Counted from the whole stretch's first letter, positions 26,313-40,069 are shown. The stretch: DNA of 62,706 nucleotides, filler included, from Choristocarpus tenellus KU-1152 (GCA_964200185.2; 11 parts of 11 records of this genome joined end to end with filler, not necessarily neighbours in it); one strand, 5' to 3'. Translations and numbers: made by a program. Notes: generated by a model from the sequence alone, not told the origin.

Positions 26313-28750
26313 CTTTGATTGCAGTCTCCTCACGTGAGTTCTCAAAACCCCTTGCGTTTGCTTGACTACTCTTGAACTGATGGAGTCGAACGGCAGGGCC
26401 TTCATTCAGCACATTGAACGCCACTGTCAAATATCTAGAACTCTGCACTCCCAAGTAACATCAAACACAAAACCAACAGTCGTATCAAAGACCTTACAAA
26501 ATTGGTGACAGTAAAAGGTACCTCTCATCTTCACACAGAAACGGTTCCCCTACTAGTAGACACTGCAGCCGTACCATGCCATTTCACTCTATGACCACGC
26601 CAACATACACCATCAGAGCTTGAACAGAGGCAAGAGGACTAAAGACTTCACACACCAAAATCAAAACAACCTGAACACTAAACAAAACGCGCATGTATCG
26701 CTTCATGTCAAGAGTAACAGTGAGTACATGAAGCATTCGCCATTGAACATATATGAAACATCTCCTATGCTCTCAATCTCACACCCCTCTATCCACCTCA
26801 GCACCCCCCCCCTCCAGTTTCTACTACTATTCCATCCACTATTATACTCCCTAGGGAGGAGCAACACAATTCTTAATCCTCAGGATAACTCAACACACCA
26901 CACACAAAACAGCGCCTGCCTCCATAGCTGCTCACTCCTGGCAGGTCAAGCCAAAGAGATCATTTATCAACACCTCACACACCAACCCCACTACACTTTC
27001 CAAGACTCATGCCGGTGACTGGTGTGAACATGCTGGACCTTGGTCTTTGTGATCTTCCAGCTGAATCTGATCATGTTGAAGTATTGGGTATCTTGTCTTT
27101 GACTGTACACCAGAGGGTCTTGGGCTGGGGCTCTTACTCTTGCCACCGACTAACCTGGAAATGCGTGTCTTGATATTGCCCCTAGTTGTGCTTGCGAGCA
27201 GGAGAGGAGGGATGGGGGGGGGGGGGGGGGGGGGGTTAGGGATGAAAAAAAAAACCAGGGGGTGGAAGTTCACCAAAAAAAAATATAGTTGGTGTAATGT
27301 ATTANNNNNNNNNNGGTGGGGGGTGGGGGGGGGGGGGGGGGGGGGGGGGGGGAGGGGGGGGGGGGGGGGGGGGGGGGGGAGGGATGTTAGAGATGAAAAC
27401 AAGAACCAGTAGATTGAACTTCACCATAGAATAATATAGTTAGTGTAATGTATTCACCTCTGTTACAGTACACACTGAAAGAAAAAGACAGAAACAAGTT
27501 GGAGGCATCACTTGCATATATATAAATAAACCCAACGATACACCCATGCAACAGCTATTGCTACATGTAAATCACAGCATGGTCGGTCATAGATTTTGAC
27601 TCTCAACATATTACCCTAATCACATCACTAGCAATATTTGCCTTCTGGTGCAATACGACATGCCAATGAAGTCCATCAAAGCAACACGAATGTATTGCCA
27701 GGTAGTACAGAAGCACATGCCAAATAAGAAATGACAGGCCAGTGTCAAACTATCAATCTTGGCTTAGTGTCACCGCAACCGTCCGATACAGCTTTTAGAA
27801 CGACCAACCTTTCGTATTTCCATAACCCATCAAAGGTGCCAAACCAAAGTACATTAAAGTAGTATGTTGCCTTGCATGCACAACAAAGTGCACTGACAGA
27901 ATGCACTGACACTCCGTGGCATTGAAAACTCCCTACTAATTCGCACCATACTTCTGCCCCTAGATCCTCCACACAGCACCAAATAGTAATCGCCTTTGAC
28001 ATTTTGAAGGTATGACAACAGTGAGGTCATGCCCCGAGAGTTTCTGGGTGAAAAAGAAGAAATAGAATAGAATAGAAATAAAATAAAAACACTCAGAACG
28101 AACAAACAGACCAGCTCACCACAGTTACAACAGCAGCAATCTCATAGTCACACGAAACATCTATCCTACCCTCAGCTGATTACAATCCGAAAAGTCTTAC
28201 GCCTGCAGATGAGGTCATGCAACACTATGTAATGCACAATGCTGTGACCGGAGTGATAGCGGTGTGCGGTTACCTAATTTAAAAAAGTAAAAAAAAAGAA
28301 AAAGTGCAGGGTTGCGGTTCATACACACACTCAAGCAAAACAAACATCCACCAACAAGCCCATTACAACACTAGACATGGAGGCACTTCACAGCTGCTGT
28401 ACTTCCTCTCAATAAGAATCACAAAACGAAGACAGTCCAAATCCTGCCCTGCCTCAATCAACCGTCCCACAAACCCTCACCAAAAGCAGCTGCAAAACAT
28501 CCCCAACTTCAACATACCTTTTGGTGGTCTTAGTCCTGGCAGCAAAGATCTTTTTCGGCACAGGCAACACCTTTCCCCTTGGCAAATTTGATGAGTTGGT
28601 GGGGGTTGGTGCCTTCCCAGACACATTTGACGAGCTTCTTGCACCGGTGCTGGTATCTCCTCTTGCTGCCACCCTGGTTTCGTTGCAAATGACTGCACCA
28701 CCCCCACTGCCCCCCCCCCCAGTTACAATGCTGATATCACTGCCCCCCCC
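26313..28750 (-). CDS. Probable exons of an unidentified gene (e.g. 28750-28517 and ~26435-26313)
   Basis: Open frames with splice-like ends: ...GKVLPVPKKIFAARTKTTKR|gtatgt and ctag|..YLTVAFNVLNEGPAVRLHQFKSSQANARGFENSREETAIK|gt. Full exon chain not resolved. Confidence 0.35.
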
Positions 28751-29992
28751 NNNNNNNNNNNNNNNNNNNNNNNNNNNNNNNNNNNNNNNNNNNNTTAATT
28801 AATTAANNNNNNNNNNNNNNNNNNNNNNNNNNNNNNNNNNNNNNNNNNNNTGTGTCTAGCTTTTCAGGTGGTATGAAAAATAAAATAAAATGGGGTGTTG
28901 TTGTGGGACCTTTTTTTTTTTGTTTCTTGTGGTAGACAAGGCCCAAAAACCCTCAAGCTTAACAGGGTGGTAAATCTAGAACTGTTCTAGTCAGGGACAT
29001 GGTAAGACTGTTGAAAATATATATGATCACAGTATGATGGATTACTATTGCTATTACTTTTACACTGTCAGTAGTATAATGTACCACCAATTTTATCTGC
29101 AGACCTCCCCCAACATGTAGTACACAGCAATCTATCCTTTGTGTTCTAAATCCACGTGATGCTTACGAATTGAATATGTTTACTTTCCCATCACTGGCCA
29201 TCTTTGAAATGGTAAGTTCTTAGTAGGATGAGAATGTGTTGAGGTTTGTGTTGTTAAGACCTACGCGCTTGCTTTTATACTTTTCCTCTTGGGCAGAGGT
29301 CTTGCCAAAAAAAACATTGTTATATTAGGTTATCCCCCCCCAAAAAAGCTCGACGAAATATGACTTGAGTCTACTTGTTCTACATCGCCACTGTGCAACG
29401 CCTTCCCAATGTGGTATTTGTTCTGCCCCACATACTATTTGAAGTGATGCTGAATGGATGAAGTGGTTCTTACATTACGTAGTACTGTGTATGTAGTGTT
29501 TCTTGTAATACTTTTTTTATATCCAATAGTTTGGAAGTTTTGTCTTGTTGGGGGTGGTGACATGTGTTGGACTTTGACCATGCCTGACCATACTGGTTAC
29601 AAGGTACACCCCCATAGGTGTAATCTATCTGTTTGCTTTATTTGGGATTTTGTGGTGTAGTAGACTGTGGAGGGGAAAATATGATTTGGTGTGATCTCAA
29701 CACTGTGTCAGGTGTGATCGGCAGTAGGAGATAGGGATTATGACCAAAAAGGACAAAGAGTCACAATAAAGGTACAGTTTTTTTAGTGCCTGGGTTATTA
29801 TTGGTTGAAGAATGGCCGCTTGGAAGAGATTGCTGTTGGATAGTTATTTATTCTAGTTATTAACGTATGATACCGTTTTTTATGTATGAGGCAAGAAGTT
29901 CAATTCCATCCAATTAAGAATGTTTTTTTTCTGACTTTCAATTGTGCAAGGAGATGTTCTGAGTGCCTTCACTGCCGTTGTCCCATTTGCAG

Positions 29993-31980
29993 GTTGTAGT
30001 CTGTACCAACCCACACCTTAATTCCTTGCTTGCATTTGTTCTCAAGACTGTCAATGGTGGGGCATGGGTATCATCATCAGACCAAAAAAAATTGTCATTA
30101 TCCAATGTGTGGATTGTGTGTGTGTGTCCATGTCCATGTCCATGTCCATGTCCATGTCCATGTCCTCATAACACTCGAAGGAGATATGTGTTAGTTGATG
30201 TTGTTGAATGACCAACTGAACTGCTTGCACTGCACACACTATACCAATATTTGACACAGAGCCTGGCTACAACCCGACTCAACCAAAAGGTCAGCTTCTG
30301 ATGCCTTTGCTTCCATTCCCATTTCACTCAACAGTAATTCATGCGTCCATCAAGTAGAACATGCCTTGCTTTTTTGTGAACTCCCTCTTATTTCTATTTT
30401 CTCGGCGTGATTTTAATTGTACTCCATCCCATTCGCCTTTGCACTACCCTATGCATGCCTCCTTGAAACCAAATCCTCTTCTTTTGGGGGGGGATTTTTA
30501 TTTTTTTGTTCTTCATGTGCCTCTGCATGGTGACTTGTGGGTGTGGATATGAATTGGTTGGATGTACCTGTGAGACACTCTGCTAGGACGCTGCCATGCA
30601 AGAGGCCAGGGAGGAGGAAGAGGAAGAAGAGGAGGAGGAGAACCGAGGAGGGCAGGGGGATGGCAGTGGTGGAGGGGGAGTTGGTAGTGTGGGGGAAGGT
30701 CTGACATCAGTGTTGGGGAGTGGTGGGGTGGATGCATTGGGGGCTGGAGGGGGTGGGGGAAAGAAGTCTGCATTTTTTCAGGATACTGGTGTAGTACCAA
30801 CAAAGATTGAGCAAGAAGAGTGTGAGGTGAGGTTTGGGGAGTGTTAGGAAGAGTTTGTAGATGGTATTTTATAGCAATCCAGGGCAGCATCCAAGTAGGA
30901 ATGTGGTGGCATGATGAACTTATCTTAGAGCTAGGGGGGGGAAAATGTTTTAGATATTTTGTTCTGTTTTGTGCACGTCCTTTTTTTTTTTAGTCTTGAT
31001 TTGAAATATTTTTGTATACCCTATCTTATTCTTTGTCTTATTTTATTAACTTTAGAGTCTTTATGGTACCCATGTTTGAAAATGAAGAAAGGGCGTGTGT
31101 GTGTGTGTGTTGCTTCACAAATTTTGGAACGAAATTTTACATTTGAAGGAAGAGATGACTTGGACACTGTGCTGCCCTTCCGACTTTTGTTAAGTGCACT
31201 GAAATCAGTGCATCAAAAAAAAAAAATCAGTGTCAGTCGAATGGTATGACTGTAACTACTAGGATGAAAATCTATGACTATATGGAGGATTGAGTTTATA
31301 CAATCTGCGGTATGTATATATGTTGACAGTATATCTTACAGAGTTGCACCAGTCCGCTGATCCCCCTTGTATCTGGTTGGTGGGAATCTCCGATTTGGCC
31401 TTGAAGCTGTTCACCCTACGATTTTTTTGTTGTAAATTGGTACCATGACCGGAAGCCTATAAAGTATCGAGTAGAATCTTTCCATTTTCAAAAACAGGAT
31501 GTAATTTTTGGCTAAACCTTAACCCTAAGAATATTGTGCAAAGACAAATAGTATGCATAAAAAATACAAATATATATACATAAATATATGTGTGAAGTAC
31601 ACAGACGTACAGTACAAATTATGACCCCTCCCCCCCCGCCCCGACTCCCTTGAGCAAGGACGAATCATTTTGGTCTTGCATTATTTACTCCCTGCAGTGC
31701 TGTGGTGTGCGAAATGCGGGGATTGAAAGCTTTAGTCAGCCCCATTTTTTAGGAGGAATCCCAATAGTTGCCATCCCACTTGCTGATCCCTCCTTGGGCA
31801 TTACAGAAAGATGTTTCTATATAATGTGGGAGACTTAACCCCTGGCAACGCCTCTGTATGCATAAAATGAGTAAGGTGGTAGATATCTGTTTTGATTTGT
31901 GTTGAGAACTCTAGATGATGTGGGGCTTGCAGTTGTTTTTTTTGTGGTATTGCCTTGACCAACCAAGAGTAAACGGGCAG
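29993..31980 (+). CDS. Internal exons of an unidentified gene with a poly-Glu/Gly-rich linker (29993-30067, 30260-30289, 30587-30826, possibly 31915-31980)
   Basis: All phase-0 AG/GT-bounded exons: VVVCTNPHLNSLLAFVLKTVNGGAW/SLATTRLNQK/DAAMQEAREEEEEEEE...KKSAFFQDTGVVPTKIEQEECE. Confidence 0.5.
30125..30164. repeat. (TGTCCA)n hexanucleotide microsatellite, intronic
   Basis: Direct reading, 6-7 units. Confidence 0.9.
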
Positions 31981-33201
31981 GTTGGAGGATCCACACCCCT
32001 TTTTTTTAATTATTTCATACCTGTTAGACCCAGAGCAGGGCATGTGGAGTGTTTACCTCCTATTTGGGGAAATAGAGACCCTCGTCACGATTGGTGTTGT
32101 TCTACATGAAACTGTTACCAAAATCCAGCAAGGTGGAGCGAGGCCAGTAATGATGCAGTGTGTACTTTTATTGATGTATAGGACTACTATTGATACTATG
32201 GTGACTTCAACTACTCCAGTAGATAGTAGTCTGCCAAATGAGAAATGCAACCATTAACATTAAAATATGGTAGGTCATTATGTCTTGAAAGAATTTTGGA
32301 ATTTACTCACGAGAGGACTTAGTAGGTGCCTGATAATAGGTGATAAAATATATATATATATATATGTACAAGTGTTGTGAATCTGATGAGTGACACAATG
32401 CCAATCAATCTGACATTTTTATTTTTTAATATTTGAATGAGTGTGTGTTTGCAATGTGTTGTATGCTTTGCTTTTTCTGATGAGCACTTGAAGGAAGCAA
32501 ATCAAGCAGGGCTAGCAACGTGTGTCCAATTTAATTATGTTTTTCTTTTTTTGTATCTGTTCACCCCTGTATACAACTTCTCAAATTTGTACTCTCTTGA
32601 GAGTCTTTACAATCCTTCATAGGGAACCCTAATCGTTCATTTTTGTGCCTCTCAGAGTGCGTCTCTTAAAATGATTCCTGACAACCAGGGAAATCCGCAC
32701 AATGCCCCCCCCCCCCCCCCCCCCAACCCCCATAAAATTTGTTACTGCTTGTTGTTGGCGCAAGTGAAATCTCAGATGGGACAGTAAGTCCCATGCACAA
32801 AAATGATTGTTGGAGAGGAATGAAGGGATTACTTTTAATTGAGAAGCAGCACTATTGATGCATATATCCCATATATCCCACTATGAACTGATCCAAATTT
32901 TGTAAGCTTTGAGGAATTTAGCAACCTGGTAGTGGACTGTACCTCATATACCCCAAGTGAATCTGTGATGTTTGTTACTTAATTCCTTCTTTTGGTATTG
33001 CTACAATCCACCAATCCCCTTACCCCCCCTCACCTCCCCCACATACCCACATACCCATCCCCCTGTTGCAGCTTGTGGTGCAGTTCCGGGTTGGGTACGT
33101 TNNNNNNNNNNNNNNNNNNNNNNNNNNNNNNNNNNNNNNNNNNNNTTAATTAATTAANNNNNNNNNNNNNNNNNNNNNNNNNNNNNNNNNNNNNNNNNNN
33201 N

Positions 33202-33441
33202 GGTACAGCCGCGTCCATTTGGGGGTCAAAATTCAATGTTGCAATTTTGATGTAATTTTGGTCATAGTGTTTGTTAGGAAGTGTCAATATCCATGTTGTG
33301 GTCACACCTTTTCGTAAGGTATACATTTTACCTACTCTGAAACATTTTGGAGTAGGAAGATGTCATAAAAAAACCCATGGGAAGCCAAGCCTCAAATGGA
33401 CAAACAGGGCAAAACTCGTACCCTCTAAGATACTTTCACTC
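33202..33441 (-). mobile_element. MITE family A copy A2 (one end cut by linker)
   Basis: Reverse complement of family A, ending GTACCCTCTAAGATACTTTCACTC. Confidence 0.85.
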
Positions 33442-33738
33442 AGGGTATTTTGAAGTGTATAGACCTGTACCAAGTACTTGCTGTACACGTGACAGTTACG
33501 AAGTTCTTCAAGTAGGACCATACACTTTGTCACATCTCTTGCATGTCCACTTGATGATAACAGACACCCAAAGCACAAACAATTTGATTTGCAGATGCTA
33601 TGTACAGAAACCTTGCCTGTTCTGAAAAGCACGGTTCTCCCTCAAAGCATCCCCTCGAAAAGCAACGAATGATCATCTGTACCTTCCGTGTACATCTCAA
33701 TGCATGCCTCAACGGGTGTGTCTGTACCTTCCCTCAAG

Positions 33739-35143
33739 GCCAACTCAGTCTTCATCTGGCTCCTCAGGAGATACAGATCTAGATGATGGTTTTGATGAGG
33801 AGGAAGATGACGACGAAGAGGAAGGGGAGGGGGGAGTCTACGATTGGACTATTATGGATACAGGTTGGTTGAGGGAAAAAAAAAAATGTCCATTGTGCGT
33901 GTGCGTGTTTTAAGAAGACGGCAATTCACCGGTTGCACCATCAAGATGTACAGAACTGCCCCTCCATTACAGTCCCAGCAAAATAACAACTGCTGAACAA
34001 GTTAAAGGTTCTTTTCCCTGCTTGTGCATGTCATATACTTTCTCGGGTGCTCAGAACTGATTTTGTGCAACCATTGCAGAGAGTGAAAGTATCTTAGAGG
34101 GTACGAGTTTTGCCCTGTCTGTCCATTTGGGGCTTGGATTCCCACAGGTTTTTTATGACATTTTTCCTTCTCTGAAATGTTTTATTTCGGAGTAGGTAAA
34201 ATATATACGTTATGAAAAGGTGTGTCTGGAACAAGGATATTGACACTTCCTAAAAAACACCATAGTCAAAATTACAGTCAAAATTGCAACATTGGATTTT
34301 GGGTCCCAAATGGACGTGGCTCTACCCTCTAAGATACTTTGGCTCAGAACTTGACTTGTATATATACGGTCAATCTAGAGTGAAAATAACTTAGAGGGGT
34401 GCGTATATATACGGTCAATCTAGAGTGAAAGTATCTTAGGGTTAGGGTGCGAGTTTTGCCCTGTTTGTCCGTTTGGAGCTTGACTTCCCACTTTTTTTTC
34501 ATGATATTTTTCCCAATTCAAAATGTTTCTCAGTAGGAAAAATGTATAAGTTATCGAAGTTGTGTCCGGAACAAGGATATTGACATCTCCTAACAAACAT
34601 CATAGTCAAAAAATTACACCAAAATCTCAACATTGGATTTTGGCCCCCAAACGGGCGCGGCTCTACCCTCTAAGATAATTTGACTCTCTACCATTTCCAG
34701 CTGTCCACTGTAAGCTAATCTGTCAGTCACTGCACACCAGAGCACCTGCAATACCCAATTAACTCCCCCTTTCTCCAGACCACACCAATAAGAGTTTTTT
34801 TCCCTCTCAACTCTTGGCAATATTCAATATTCAATGTTCCAATTCAGCCCCATCACAAGGCATAGAGCCGACTATACATGCAGCTGACGAGCAATCTAAA
34901 GGGGGTTACAGAGACATTGAAGATTTAGATCGAGGGACAAGGACATCTGCCGACGCAAACCCTGTCACAAGCAAGCTAGGCTTGAGCCCTGGAAACAGGC
35001 AGCAGATGATGGCTGGAGGCACAGTGCTTGGCAGGGGAGGGAGGGGGGGCAGAGGGGGCAGGGGGGGGAGGGGGGGAACTGGAGGGCAGGGTCCAGTGGG
35101 AGTTCACTCTTCAATGATGGGCACCCCACTTGTGAAGGTATGC

Positions 35144-35176
<33 letters not shown>

Positions 35177-36476
35177 GGTTCTGTGCTTGTTTCTTATGGA
35201 TCAGAGGGTGTTTTCGAAAGACATTAGCACACTATTAGCTTCATTTCCTTGTGTTTTTGATCAATTCGTTGGGTACTTGGAGTGGGTCTGATAAAATTGA
35301 ATACTTTGTTTGAATTACTTACTCTTCCATCCTACCTTGTCGAATTACTGTCTTCAAGAAGAAAATGTCAAGAGGTACGTGTATTGCCAAGGCAGAAAGT
35401 CTTCATATCTTGCACAATTTTTTCAAAAGCATGCCTCGATTCACTTCCCTAAAGAGGCAATCCCCTGGTTGTTACCAAAACCGTCCTTGCTTCAGTTTGC
35501 AAGTGGGGAGTGGGTAGCATCACCTGCAGCATGCTTTCAAACACAGTGTGACAACATTGCCACAAGATGCTCCACCTCCACCCCAGGTCGAGGTTATTTG
35601 ACCCATGCCTTTGTGTGTGTCCTCACCACATCAAGACTTTTCTAACCCTAACCTTAACCCGATTGTTTAAGAGCCCATCCCATTAATCCTAACTCCATTC
35701 CCAAACCTAGCCATAACTCGAGGTCGAAACACTAAACACTAGAAACACTGGTGTGACTTCGGTGGCAAACACCAACCTTCTCACACCCATTGCCCTCTCC
35801 AGATTCACCAATCTAGAAGTGAGAATTTTTTAATGAATATATTCACCAATATGTTATACTTGAGGTCCAGAGATTGTAGGGATAAACTGTTTGCCCCTCT
35901 CTCCCTCCTACTCCTTAACCCTACCCCAGAACTCTCTTCGTGGTAGATCGCATAGTGCGTATAATGGGACAGGGACTGGGTCTGAGGGTGTAAATAGTGG
36001 TAATGGTGGAGACTTGGAGTTAGATGATGGCAATCAGGAGGGCAGAAACAACAGCCTCACGTCAAGTATACCTGGGGAGGCAGTAGCAAGTAAGAGTGGT
36101 ATGGGAGGGAGTGAGATAGTTGGTCGTATAGGCAGGGGCATTCCCATCAGTGGGAAAGGGGGCACACCAGCCCCAGGCCCAGCCACACTGCACCCCACCA
36201 CAATTCAACATCCCAGGACACCGGGGAGAGCTCCTATTTTGGTCAACACCCAGGGATCACCTCTATCTACATCACAACAACTGCAATACAACCAGCCTGA
36301 CCGTGGACCACTTGGAAGGGGGAGTGGTTTTGGCCCTACCTCTGCCCCGGCCCCTGGAGCAGGTCCAGGGGGCATGGGCAGAGGTGTAGGATTGCCAACT
36401 GGGGTAGTTGGGCCCACCACTGCACCCGGACACCCCATGACTCAACTAAATGCGAGGCCAATTGCTGGGCGAGCAG
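33739..36476 (+). CDS. Internal exons of an unidentified low-complexity protein with acidic, RGG and Gly/Pro-rich segments (33739-33863, 34848-35137, 35930-36476)
   Basis: Phase-compatible AG/GT exons: DDGFDEEEDDDEEEG..., GRGGRGGRGGRGGRGG, ...PIAGRA|gtgag. Confidence 0.65.
34081..34345 (+). mobile_element. MITE family A copy A3 (intronic), flanked by only a 3-bp AGA duplication
   Basis: Full length with both TIRs. Confidence 0.88.
34423..34686 (+). mobile_element. MITE family A copy A4 (intronic), 4-bp TSD TCTA; preceded by a ~45-bp duplication of its left junction (about 34358-34402)
   Basis: tcta|GAGTGAAAGTATCTTAG ... CTAAGATAATTTGACTC|tcta. Confidence 0.88.
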
Positions 36477-36781
36477 GTGAGCTGAGTGTTCAAAGTATCT
36501 TGGGGATGGGGGGGGGGNNNNNNNNNNNNNNNNNNNNNNNNNNNNNNNNNNNNNNNNNNNNTTAATTAATTAANNNNNNNNNNNNNNNNNNNNNNNNNNN
36601 NNNNNNNNNNNNNNNNNCCTTGTTCGTGTGGTCCGTCTTTCCCGGTGATTCTCTTCGCCACCCTAGCCTGAGTGAACCACGCCGCCACAGAATCACGCGA
36701 TTCATACTTAGTTATTTTTATTTTTTATTGTTCTCTCTTTCTCTGTTTCTGTCAGACCAGGTATCCCCTTACGCCCTCACT

Positions 36782-36962
36782 GGCTCAAAGTATCTGAGGG
36801 GAGGGGGTGGCGGCTGTCCATTTGCGGTCAATTTTTTCATGTCGCGAATTTTGGGATATTTGGTTGCATACGTCGGATGGATAAATGTAAATGCACTTTT
36901 CCTGATTTTGGTCTAAATGGACACCCTGGTGTAGACCCCACCCCCCCCAGATACTTTTGGTC
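36782..36962 (-). mobile_element. MITE family B copy B4, 3-bp TSD ACT
   Basis: act|GGCTCAAAGTATCTG ... CAGATACTTTTGGTC|act. Confidence 0.88.
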
Positions 36963-38074
36963 ACTATGCTCTACTTTCAATTCTTTCTTTTCTGTCCCTT
37001 GTCTCCTCTATTTTTTTTATTTTTTATTTTTTATTTTGGCTGATGTTGATGTTATTGCCTGTTTTACGCACAGGCAGCCGTCAGTATGCTTTGTGCTGGG
37101 GGGCATGAGTCAGGGAGTAATCAAATGATACTTAGCACCTTAAGGAAGTTGTACTTTAGAAAGAGTAAAAGTATACTCAGATTAGGCTAGACACAGACAG
37201 ATTTCCCCAAGTAAGATAGGGATATATGTTTAGCCCTAGTAGGAGTAGTAGGGCATATTTTGCTCTTCCTTCTCCCTGCTACAGGATGATCTGAAGCGAT
37301 TGATGATGTCTATTGTCTTCACCAGTGACAATCACTTGTAAACGTTTTTATGTAGGTACATTTTTCTTTGTTTTATTTTTATTTTTTATTTGTTCATTTT
37401 GCTACTTTGAAGTCCCTGTTCAGAAGGAACAGGTATATTTAGATTAGGCAGACGCTATTTGAACAAGAGCACACCCCGTGACCTTGTGGATGGACCCTTT
37501 TAAAAGAATTTTGGAGATAAATTAATCACATTTGTGATTAGGGTGGTCGGAACTGGGGTCCCATTTATTCTAGGCCATGTCAGAGATGTATATTTTGCAA
37601 CTTTTGAAGATGCTTCAGAAGGAGCAGGTATATACTCAGATTAGCCCAGATGCAAACTGTTTCTCGTAGTATTCTGTGCCTCTTGGGATAAATTATCCTA
37701 AGAAAAACAAGGATATATGTTGATCGATTCTGGAACTAGTCGGAGTTATATATTTTTTATAAAAATGTATACTGTGATTAGATCAGACGTTTATTGATTC
37801 TGCGTATGTCCTAAGACTTTTGAGGAAATATTCTCAAAAGAAGCTGGAAGATATGTCGATCATTTGTTGGAATTATCTGGTTAATTTGGAACCGAGGTCC
37901 CTGTGTTGGAAACAACTGGCAAGTTTGGAACTGGAGCCCCTCTCTTGTTTGATGGCAACCGACCCATGCTGCTGCAGCTTGATCTGAGGTGATGGCTGAT
38001 ATATATTGTCTTAACCGGAGACAATCGCCTATGGTAAGCGTGAAACATGTATACCTAGTTAACGCTGGGGGGCA

Positions 38075-39430
38075 TGTTACAGGCGAATAGCGTGAGTATT
38101 TCTTCCCGCGCTTTAACCGGCACAAGCAGTGTATGCGTGTGGGGAACCTCAAAAAGGGGGAACTCCGATTTGCTAAAAAGTTGCAGAATAAAATCTGAAC
38201 TCGGGAAAGTCGCAAGGGTTCTCAGATATATTGCAATGTCTGTAAAAAAGTAAACCAAAGAAGCCCCAACGATAAATGATTATAAGAGATCCTAAAAATG
38301 GCTCCAAACAGCTCAGTTCTTCTGATCTAAAAACGCCACCTATAGCATTCTCTCTTACTGATATAGAAAAACATCCATATTTCTTATGCTGATTGATTAA
38401 TTTGAGAGTACCCCTGTTCTGCTGAGCTGACCTTCGTTAATCTGCGAATTGGAGCTACTCATCCTGTGGAGGTAAGGTTCTGGAGCGTGCCTGTAACAGA
38501 TTAAGTGAAAGACTCCATGGACGTCTGAGACATGCTAGGGAAGATGAAGTGACTGCAGCTCGCCATGCGAAAGTCGCCACAATCACCAAACACACGTGGC
38601 CGTACCTGCGGAGCTTTGAGTTAGGTGAGTGGTCTAACCTAGGATGCCCTTCTTACAACTGGTGGGTAGCGGTATCCGTGTGTTGCGGGTGGGTGTAGAG
38701 GACTTCGTCTGACTTTTTTTCTTGACATTCAATACATTTGTATCTAGCTGTTAGCGGATATATGCCCCCTCTATGCACTTCCTATGGTTCTTGATGCTGG
38801 ATCTGGTTCCTTCCTACTTGTTAGAGAGGTGACTTGATTTCTGAGCCTTTCTCACCTTTTCCATCCCATTTTTTTATTGAAAAATTACTCCTGCCATGTG
38901 TTTGTTTTGTTTTTTCTCTATCTTTGTTAACTAAAACACTCGTCTTTTTTCTAATTTTCTGTCTTGTTACACTTTCTATCTTGAGATACAACAAAGCAGA
39001 TGCCTTTGATAAGGTATGTGTGTATTATAGTTGATTTTTGAAAATCTTTGGTTCCTCTCCTCCCCACCATGTGTGTAACTAGCTCATCCAGGAAGCATTC
39101 CAGTTGCTTGCTGAGGCCCCCAAAACTTTTCACCGTGAAGTTGTTGAGGCTATAACTACGAGGATCAAAAGAGCCCTCGTAGTGGGTGCGCTTTCGCGTC
39201 TCAGCTGCAGCAGTAGCTCCACCATTGCTGGTGGATGAGTGTGCAAGATGGGAGGTAACCTGCACTTCTACTAATGTAACATCTAATAGAAGTGTTACAG
39301 GCGAATAGCGTGAGCGTTTCTTCTTGTATTTCAACAAAGTTTGAGCATTTGTTACACACGAATAGCGCGAGCATTTTCTCCTCATGTGTTAGGAAATACG
39401 AACATTTGTAACAGACATATAGTGCGAAGA
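38075..39430. repeat. Dispersed ~30-bp motif TGTTACAGGCGAATAGCGTGAG (38075, 39292, 39350, degenerate 39408)
   Basis: Direct repeats seen in sequence; possibly subterminal repeats of an unresolved element. Confidence 0.65.
39050..39290 (-). mobile_element. Fragment of a CRE/R2-like non-LTR retrotransposon restriction-like endonuclease (RLE) domain
   Basis: LDVT...TSHLAHSSTSNGGATAAAETRKRTHYEG...FTVKSFGGLSKQLECFLDELV matches the RLE pattern DVx...AAxxAExxKxxxY...FxxExFGxxGxxAxxFLxEL. Confidence 0.6.
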
Positions 39431-39685
39431 TTGTTTCTCGAGTTCTGACAAGTGCGAACTATATACGATATTAGTAACACATAGGTTAACCTTACAGAAT
39501 AAGTGATTATTTTAAGGAGATGCAGAGTAAGATTCGGAATACCTACNNNNNNNNNNNNNNNNNNNNNNNNNNNNNNNNNNNNNNNNNNNNTTAATTAATT
39601 AANNNNNNNNNNNNNNNNNNNNNNNNNNNNNNNNNNNNNNNNNNNNCCACGTCCGTTTGGGGAAAAAAAGATAATCTTGCGGTTT

Positions 39686-39865
39686 GGGTCAAAGTATCGG
39701 GGGGGGGGTGGTGGTTTGTGAGGGGGCGTCCGTTTCGGCCAAATAACTTTTTTTTTGCTGACATTTCAAATCCGAAACGTGCGACCAAATCACACCAAAA
39801 AAGTTAAAATCGAAAAAAGGGTGAAAAACGGACGCCAACACCCCCCCCCCCAGATACTCTGACCC
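39686..39865 (+). mobile_element. MITE family B copy B5 (divergent subfamily), 3-bp TSD TTT
   Basis: ttt|GGGTCAAAGTATCGGGG ... CCCCAGATACTCTGACCC|ttt. Confidence 0.82.
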
Positions 39866-40069
39866 TTTGGATATAATTTCGTCTATCGTGTTTGTTAGAA
39901 AGTGTCAATATCCTTGTTCCGGACACTCCTTTTCACAACATATACATTTTTACCTACTCCAAAACGTTTCGGAGTAGGAAAAAGTCATGAAAATAACCCA
40001 GGGGAAGCCAAGCCCCAAACAGACAAACAGGGCAAAACTCGTACCCTCTCTTAATAAGATACTTTCACT

